Origin: Octopus vulgaris
Lineage: Eukaryota
Assembly (NCBI GenBank): GCA_951406725.2
Contig: OX597828.1
Coordinates: 68,634,001-68,698,000 of the forward strand
Direction: 5' to 3'
DNA length: 64,000 nucleotides
In this document: positions 55,447 to 64,000 of the stretch, one piece after another
Position numbering within the stretch: the stretch's first letter is position 1
Layout of the letters: each line of letters starts with the position of its first letter
The notes under the pieces: model-generated
Seen by the model: only the letters and a program-made list of their open reading frames with translations
The model's database searches: none
Told to the model about the DNA's origin: nothing
Program-made: the position numbers and the translations under genes

Positions 55447-55600
55447 GACGAAGACGGGTGTGTAAACAACAAACAGGTGTATTAGTTTAACGCTCGGGAA
55501 GTGAGAAAGTCTTTTACGTTTCGAGCCTACGCTCTTCAAAAGAATGGAACACGAGGAAATAAACAGAGAGAGAATAAAAAAAAAACAAAACGTTTGGAGC
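55443..55600 (-). mobile_element. Family H short repeat (motif at 55511-55546)
   Basis: AAAAGACGAAGACGGG...CTTTTACGTTTCGAGCCTACGCTCTTC. Confidence 0.75.
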
Positions 55601-56077
55601 TAGCGGTCAATAATAAAACTAAACCACGGCATCTGAGTATTTGTGTTTGTATGTCTGTGGGAGTAGGATGCTTTAAATAACTTTCATGTCTCTTGTATAA
55701 TTGTTTCAATATAAAGATTATCGGAGCAGCTCTTTTGCCAAAGGATTGCACAAAAACCGAGGTTTACCGTAATGAAATAATCTTTAGGAAAAAAAAATCT
55801 TTACTCTTCTTCAGTCTGGCTATTAAGTACATAATATTCAGGCAATGCTTTGTTATTGATCTTTAGCATTATCATGTTGCGTCAGGAATTACTTTAGTTC
55901 AGAGGAATTCTACTTTACTTCGTATCGGGATTCTTGCATCATCTCTTACTGTTTTCACTATTGTGGCTGTGTTACTGATAAACCAATGCTATTTGTGTTA
56001 CTTCAGATTTTCATGAATTCGGCTGTGGTATTTGATACTGCCTTTAGTATTAGTGCTATTGGTATTTAACCGTTTAA

Positions 56078-56458
56078 CCCTTTGAGTCCTGACCTTCTGA
56101 ACCTTATTTGACCATATACCTGGCTTCCAGATGTACGCCACCGGTAGAGCGGTGCTACGGTATGAAGAAAAAGGCGGCGAGCTGGCAGAATCGTTAGCAC
56201 GCCGGGCGAAATGCTTAGTGGTATTTCGTCTGCCGCTACGTTGTGAGTTCAAATTCCGCCGAGGTCAACTTTGCCTTTCATCCTTTCCGGGTCGATTAAA
56301 TAAGTATCAGTTACGTACTGGAGTCGATGTAATCGACTTAATCCGTTTGTCTGTCCTTGCTTGTCCTCTCTGTGTTTATCTCCTTGTGGGTAGTAAAGAA
56401 ATAGGTATAGAGAAAAACATGCCATCCACCGGTAAACCGCTGTTACGGACCCAAAGGG
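56078..56458. mobile_element. Small piggyBac-type MITE interrupted by a SINE
   Basis: TTAA|CCCTTTGAGTCC ... GGACCCAAAGGG|TTAA: TTAA TSDs, CCC/GGG ends, 11/12 TIR match. Confidence 0.75.
56171..56403 (+). mobile_element. Full-length SINE family B
   Basis: AAGGCGGCGAGCTGGCAGAATCGTTAGCACG...GAGTTCAAATTCC...AAAGAAATA; imperfect TSD GGTATGAAGAAA / GGTATAGAGAAA. Confidence 0.9.
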
Positions 56459-57262
56459 TTAATAACTGATACTAATTATCGTTTGTACTTTCTCATAAAG
56501 GTATTTCTAATCATTGTATTTATAATATGTGCTCCTGCTATAGGGACGTTGTTTAATTTGCTGTAATTATTAACTTCTACAGTTTTATCCTTATAAGTTT
56601 TGTAGAGGCATTGTGAAATAACTTTTACAAATAACTAGGAACAGTTAATATGACTAAGGATCAAACATACTAGTTGCTAAGCACGTATGTACGTACTTAC
56701 TTACCTACCTACATACTTATTTACCTATCGACTTTGTGATCGCAGCCCAAAAATATCAACAAAGTAGTAATTATTCAATCTTATCCTTCTCAGTTTCATT
56801 CGCTAAAACCAGAGACTGTATTGATTACATTATTGGAAATATTTCCTTTACCTTTTTTTTTTTTATAACTCTGATATTATACGGCAAATATTCAGTAATA
56901 AAGGGCTACTTGAACTCTCTTACATAGTCTGCGCTCGGCTATAAAAACCGTTCGCGAAATGGACAATGTTTTTCAATATCATGAAACTTTCAAAACAAAA
57001 CAAAACAGAAAATATACAAAGGTAATCAAATTTGCCGTTCATCCAACAACCTATTCGGTGTTTCAGTTCATTGCATTATGTAAATCAACGACCCTAAAAC
57101 AGGAGTACATATTACAATAAAAAGATTACAAATTTCTTGATGAAACAGAACAAACGATATTTGGATTTAGAAGACGCAAACCTCCTCGAAAATATTTTAC
57201 TTCAGTCATACGGTATACGGAAGACTTCAAGTTCTGGATCTTCGTTGGTATATTAATATCTT

Positions 57263-57495
57263 AAGGCGGCGTGCTGGCAGAAACGTTAGCACGCCGGGCG
57301 AAATGCCTAGCGGTATTTCGTCTGCCGCTACGTTCTGAGTTCAAATTCCGCCGAGGTCGACTTTGCCTTTCATCCTTTCGGGGTCGATTAAATAAGTACC
57401 AGTTACGCACTGGGATCGATATAATCGACTTAATCCGTTTGTCTGTCCTTATTTGTCCTCTCCGTGTTTAGCCCCTTGTGGGTAGTAAAGAAATA
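57263..57495 (+). mobile_element. Full-length SINE family B with perfect 16-bp TSD
   Basis: GGTATATTAATATCTT at 57247-57262 and 57496-57511. Confidence 0.93.
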
Positions 57496-57978
57496 GGTAT
57501 ATTAATATCTTCACACTTGGAAATATAAAGTCAATATGCAAAAGAGGCACATTGTGATGTTGCAAGAAGTAGCTTTAAAATACTCACGATACGGGTATCA
57601 AACGAATAACTACTAAGTTCGATACCTGTGTTGTGGGCATTCTTAGAAATATATCCGCTGAGTTTCACAGCAAATATGTGTGCGCGAGTATATATATATA
57701 TGAATGATATAGCAGTAAGCCTACAAGTGTTAAATATGGTGTATTGTGGTCTAATCAGAGGTACAAATCAAGAAATACTCAATAAATTGTTAACAATAAG
57801 GTAGGACATGAAACGGTAAAATTAAATTTTGGAACTGATATAAAATATTTCGAAAAAATACAGAATAATAATGGCCTCTAAGGCAGGCACCTGATCATAT
57901 GAGGAGGCTTAAGGCAGCTCGTCATCAAAGACTTTGATACTAAGAAATAGGGCTGAAAACCGTACTTCTTTGACTAAC

Positions 57979-58070
<92 letters not shown>

Positions 58071-59246
58071 GTGGGGAGGGAGAGGGAGAGAGAGAGAGAG
58101 AGAGAGGTGGCGAGAAACAATTTATTGGTGTTTGGAGGGCAAGAATATTGATTTTTGAGTTGCTTTTTTAATTTCAGGTCTTTTCGAGGGGAAGTTTAAG
58201 TGACCGTCTCGTTCGACCTACTAGAAACAGTAATTAAATCTCTCTGAATTAAAACACAACTTTTAAAAAGGGATACAACTGATACGTCAGAGAGATAGAG
58301 AGAGAGAGAAAGGAAGAGAGTGATGAGAGAGAAAGATATAGAGGGAAAGAGAGAGAGAGAAACGAGGGAGAGAGAAAAATGGGAGAGAGAGAGAGAGCGA
58401 GAGAGCGAGTCGATTTAATGACAATATGTGTTATTTAGGCAAATAACGATCCCTAACTAAATAGCACAAGTCCTTTTGCTCGACATCCTGCCGACCATGG
58501 CATGACGATATCATCCCCCTATCTTTCTCACCCCACCACATCAATGTGCCCATTAACGTTAACGCTTAAAGTCACATTAGTAACTTGCTCAAACAGCCAC
58601 ATGTGGCGGTGTCAATCCAACATTTAATCAGCAAATCAATTTGATGCAGAAGTCAATCATAAGCAGAAGTATGCAGGGCGAAGTTACTTCGCATCATGTC
58701 AGCTCTGATTGGACAGTTTTGTGATGAAAGGAGTTCGAGTCATGATTATCTTTTTCTCTTTCTTCAGGGATTTAACTTATATAGGACTACATTGATCAAA
58801 ACATCTTTATTTTCTTAAGAGAATGACACCAGGAGAATTTGTCTGCTTTTTCTAACAGGCCGTGAGACGATGGAAGGACGGCGTCCTCTGTGGCTGGTGG
58901 TGATTTCACAGGAGAAGAAAGGTGTCGGTTGAAATATAATTATGTAGTTACATATTTCTGTATTTCATGATCAAATCCAACCAGATTTTACTCTGCCGTT
59001 CTTCCACCTGCAACACTGAGAAATTATGTAGCGTTAATATGCTGAGGAAATTCAGTAGACTTCTTTCCTATTTCGACGACTGATTTTCTGTCTATTTCGA
59101 AATATCGAATTCGTAAACATTATAAAGAAAGACATTATCACGTGATTACGGTGTTTTAATATGGTTCCAAATACTCGCCCCTTCATCAAGTGATTTCTGG
59201 CTCGGCTCTAGCTGAGCTGTTCCTTCTATGTGTGCGGAAACGCGCG

Positions 59247-59311
<65 letters not shown>

Positions 59312-59425
59312 TCACTCACTCACTCTCCTGTATACATATTCGTCCAAACATATGTGTAATATATATATTTATAACACTACTAAATGTGTTGAGTGTCCTT
59401 TTCTTTCGTTTGTCCACTCACTCGA

Positions 59426-59517
<92 letters not shown>

Positions 59518-59735
59518 AGAGAGAGACAGAGAGAGATAGAGAGAGAGAGGGAGAGAGAGAGGGAGAGGGAGCGAGACAATGAGAAAGAGAGAGAGAGAGA
59601 GAGGGACTTCTAAAAGACGTCAAACTGATAAACTGATGCTCTGAGGATGTATTATCGATTTCTTTGCTAAAGTCATGAGTGTTTTGGATTAGTGTGTGTG
59701 TGTCATATGTGCATGTACATATTCACACACACGCG

Positions 59736-59783
<48 letters not shown>

Positions 59784-59784
<1 letters not shown>

Positions 59785-61064
59785 TAGCAGAGATAACCGG
59801 CGTTGCCCGTGTTACATACAATTGAAGAATTAGACTTTTCTGTTAATAATTTCTGTAATGAACTGTAATATCTATGTTTCGAATTCCATCAAAATTGCAG
59901 ATGAGGGTTACTTCCCTCTTTACACACCCAAATAAAATTGTAATCGTACAACATGTATCCCATACTACTGATTTTTATGTGCATATTCCAAAATTCCAGT
60001 CTTATTGAACCTGTTAAAAAGATCTTGCTCCTGAAAAATGAAGGTCATGGAGCTCTAAAATGTGAGAGTTAAGGCCTCTGTTGGGGATGGACATCTTAAT
60101 GTCAACCAGAGAAGTTGAATTGTTGAAAATCGTTTTAACTTGGGTCTTATATCTATTGTTTGAATTTCTTTGAAATAGGAAATATATGTTCACTGGGTTT
60201 GTAAAACCAAAAGACGAATGATCACAATAAGCAGTCAGCTACCCTACCCTAGTCGTTACCACTCCCAATGTAGGATTCCTCACCATCCAGGTGACAGGCA
60301 CAGCCGTAAGATGCATTACGAATCTATAGCAATTGAAAGGGCGTGACCCAACTGAAATGAACATTAACAACTATGTGACGTGAGGGCTAAGAAGAAATGA
60401 AAGTTGGAGTTTGCAAATGACCACTATACTGAAATGTAATTGGAGAGAATAAATTTACAATCTATAAATGTCTTTGAATAACCAGTCACTCATCTGGGAA
60501 GGCCTTGTAATCAATGTTACCATCTGGGGACTATGTGTGACCCAGTGGTAATAAAAAGACTAAAAGGAGGTCTGCAATCAAATAACTTTACTCAACACTT
60601 TGCAACTGAATCAGTGGAGGCAAAGATGCCTCTCATTTACTTAACAATTTATGCACCACATTGCAGAAATCACAATCTAAGTGTATGTCAAAGCAAACTA
60701 TTACACTGTTGTACCATTGAATTAGAAATAATGCCCAACTTTTATGCTCGGGTAACCCTACAGCTTCCAAGAGCACAACTGTATTCGTTTTTGCTTAGAT
60801 AAAATGACAAAATTGTGGGTGTTAAGTATCCATGGAGGGGTCTTTCTAACTTGTAAGAAGATGAAATTTTATAAATATTACTTCATTTGTGTCTAATATC
60901 TATGGTTAAAATGTCATCAACAGCAAAAATATATGAATTGTCATGGGGGTTATGGCCCTTATGCATAGAATATAATTTCCAAATTTCATAAAGATCCATT
61001 CAATACTAGTTTTGGATCATAAAAAAATGACTAAAATTTGGGAGTTAAGGCCCCCATTAGGGTG

Positions 61065-61114
<50 letters not shown>

Positions 61115-61296
61115 TAGATATAGAAGCCTGTTACTTATTATATTAGTTTGTTCTTGTGAAACCAGTAAGTTATGGGGATGTTAATAAATAAACAGCAGTT
61201 GCGAAGCAGTGATGAGGGCGAAACACAGACACAAAGACACATATACACTTACATATATATACGATTGATTTGTTTCAGTTCCTGTCAACAAAATCC

Positions 61297-61334
<38 letters not shown>

Positions 61335-61887
61335 ACACACACACACACAGACACACACACACACATACACACACACACAGACAGACACACACACACACAG
61401 AAATATAAATTGATAGATACAACTGAATGGGCAAACAAAAATATGAGACAACGCTTAGTGCTTTTTTAATTTTGATAAGCCTGATACTTATTCTATCAGT
61501 TTCTTCTTGTGAAACCAGTAAGTTATGGGGATGTAAATAAACGAACACCAGTTGTGAAGCAATGATCAGGGCGAAACACAAGGACACACACATAGACTTA
61601 CATATATATATACATATATATACAATTGATTTCTTTCAGTTTGTGTCTACAAATTCCACTGAGAAGGCTTTGGTTGGTCTGAGGGTATAGCAGAAGACAC
61701 ATGCCAAGTTACTACACAGTGGGTCTGAACTGAGAACCATGTGTTTTGGAACCAAGTTTGTTACCACACAGCCGCACTTCCACCTATGTATGTGTATGTG
61801 GGTGTGTGTGCATGTGTGTGTATGTGTGTGTGGGTATATATATATGTATGCATGTATATATGTGTATATATATGTGTACATATTACA

Positions 61888-61931
<44 letters not shown>

Positions 61932-62129
61932 CATATATACATGTGTATATATATATATATATATATATATCCATATATATACAGCTATATATATACATCT
62001 ATATGTATACATCTATAAATATGCATGTATATATATATATATATATATAAATCTATATATATATATACATGTATATATATATCTATCCATATATATACAG
62101 CTATATATATACATCTATATGTATACATC

Positions 62130-62177
<48 letters not shown>

Positions 62178-62620
62178 TATATACACACATGTAAATTTAT
62201 ATTTAAAATAATAAGGGTGAAAAATTGAATATTAATTTGATTGATATGAATTGAAAACTAATGATGTAGCATATAAGACCATAGCGGATCTTCTTCTAGC
62301 AAAATGGATTTCCACTGTTAATGGTTCATCCCTGTTATATAATAGTTTCACTTTAATAGTTTCAGTATTAAGCTGAAAGCATGTGACATTACAATAGAAA
62401 TGTTTTTGTTTCAGTATTAACACGTAATACTGAAATAGTGGAGAAGATATGATATTGCTGTGGGCTCGCCCTAGGCGAGAAGTTAAAATTATTTTGCCCA
62501 TGACACTACATGGACCCTAAGTAAGGCATGTATAAAATTTGAATTAAATTGGTTGTGTAGTTCTCAAGTTTTAGGGATTCACACAGACAGACACACACAC
62601 ATTCTCAGTTTATATATATA
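59784..62620 (-). mobile_element. Decayed Helitron with helicase remnants, interrupted by microsatellites and SINE fragments
   Basis: 3' end (minus) ACGGGCAACGCCGGTTATCTCTGCTAG|T at 59784; GLPEHKVG and NGT Pif1-helicase-like traces near 60700-60770; 62520-62620 resembles the 5' end of the 8230-8615 Helitron; continuity across the insertions is inferred. Confidence 0.5.
61634..61785 (-). mobile_element. 5' half of SINE family A; 3' fragments nearby at ~61130-61280 and ~61478-61630
   Basis: TTTCAGTTTGTGTCTACAAATTCCACT...TAGCAGAAGACAC...CTGAAC...GAACCATGTG...TTACCACACAGCC. Confidence 0.75.
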
Positions 62621-62643
62621 TAAATTTAATTATTTAATCGTTA

Positions 62644-62681
62644 CAGTTGAAAAGGTCTCAAAATGACCGAAACCGGTACTG
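62644..62681 (+). ncRNA. Minimal type I hammerhead with U3-A8 covariation (predicted cleavage after A62678)
   Basis: CAG-UUGAAAA-GGUC-ucaaaau-GACC-GAAA-CCGG-UA^-CUG; palindromic stem III ACCGGU. Confidence 0.6.
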
Positions 62682-62729
62682 AAATGTTCACTATAAAATT
62701 ATTTTAGCATTTTCTATTCTGACTTGTTT

Positions 62730-62846
<117 letters not shown>

Positions 62847-62847
62847 A

Positions 62848-63028
62848 AGGGACAGTTTACGAAAAAAATCAAAAGACGAAGACAGGTGGTGTACAAAACA
62901 AACAGATGTATTAGTATAGCGCTCTTTTACGTTTCGAGCCTACGCTCTTCTACAGAAAGTGACACAGAAAAAACAAGGAGAGAAACAAGGAGAGAAAAAA
63001 TTGTGTGTAGTGGCTAACGATCTATCAT
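62848..63028 (-). mobile_element. Family H short repeat (motif at 62924-62959)
   Basis: CTTTTACGTTTCGAGCCTACGCTCTTCTACAGAAAG. Confidence 0.8.
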
Positions 63029-63861
63029 AAGCACTCTCACACATTTACCACTTATACATCATGTTTTGAACACGTCTATAATAATATTATACCTTTCATT
63101 AGACTCTATAACACGTTACCTGATTTATGACAAACATAAAACGATAGACACATTAAGAGAAACGGTCACACATACACACACACACACACAAACAGAAACA
63201 CACATACACGCACACATTCGCGCGCACGCAACCATCATCATCATCACCAACTCTAAAACTCTAATTCTAATCTAAATAGGTAAATATCGATAATACACAC
63301 ACACACACACATATATATGCATATATACACACCCCACCTCTCACATATACGTTTATTTCTCTACTAGTAAGAAAAACAGCAATAATATGAATCAATATTT
63401 ACACGGTTCAGGTAAGTACCAGTCTGTTTTTGAAAGTTTGAACACAATATTTTCATTTATTCCGCGTGCATCATTGGAAGGAGTCGAGTGCTTGCATAAG
63501 GCGCAATGTAACAGAGTTGCTCAATTGCGTTCCTGCACGCTGAATCTGAATCGAGCCGAGGTCACCTGTACTGTTTATTTTCTTCGGGTTCGGTAAATAA
63601 AGGATCAATCTCGTTGTGTGGCCGATTTTTTCTTTCTCACTATCCTCCCCGCGCTCTCTCTCTCTCTTTTTTCTTTCGCTGTAAACTGTATATATAATCC
63701 AGAAGTCCAACCTTATCACGCTAATTCAGACAGACTTTCGCTAAGGGTACATGTGTCAGAATAATCAGGCATTTACGCATAAATTGCGGACTGACGGTAC
63801 CCATCTTCCGGTGAAGCTTCGAAGTCACAATTGTTGAAATCAACGCACACACATACACGCG

Positions 63862-63940
<79 letters not shown>

Positions 63941-64000
63941 CATATTTTAAAAATAAAAAGTATCGTAAAAATATTTATATAGATAGTATGAGATGCGTAA

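Noticed and set aside
58170-58790. Polypyrimidine-CAG acceptor-like sites near 58177 and 58767 as exon 2 candidates
   Set aside because: Both reach stop codons within a few codons in phase 1
61205-61235. GTGATGAGGGCGAAAC hammerhead-like string
   Set aside because: Part of a decayed SINE A segment; no stems
63368-63417. Possible small exon ending in CAG|GTAAGT (…NMNQYLHGS)
   Set aside because: The donor is good, but in the phase required by the 39716 donor the frame hits a stop; no other support

Overview
An AT-rich, microsatellite-dense eukaryotic window made mostly of repeats. Its tRNA-derived SINE families and extreme (TA)n/(CA)n/(TATC)n content suggest an Octopus/coleoid cephalopod genome (inference). 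Nearly all ORFs in the track are microsatellite translations or transposon remnants: DD37D/maT Tc1-mariner, pogo, Helitron, RTE/CR1/Tx1-like LINEs and Penelope GIY-YIG. The only credible host-gene signal is a signal-peptide-encoding first coding exon at 39647-39716 (+), with a CRE/E-box/TATA-like promoter upstream. The main discovery candidate is a head-to-tail array of apparently identical 589-bp units (25322-27786). Each of its four full units carries a well-formed type I hammerhead ribozyme with an unusually long stem II and a CCGAUGA core, consistent with a retrozyme-like, potentially circRNA-producing element. At least four other families of short TA-microsatellite-embedded or Penelope-associated repeats carry minimal or variant hammerhead-like motifs. 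All structures were read by eye and none has been folded computationally or tested.
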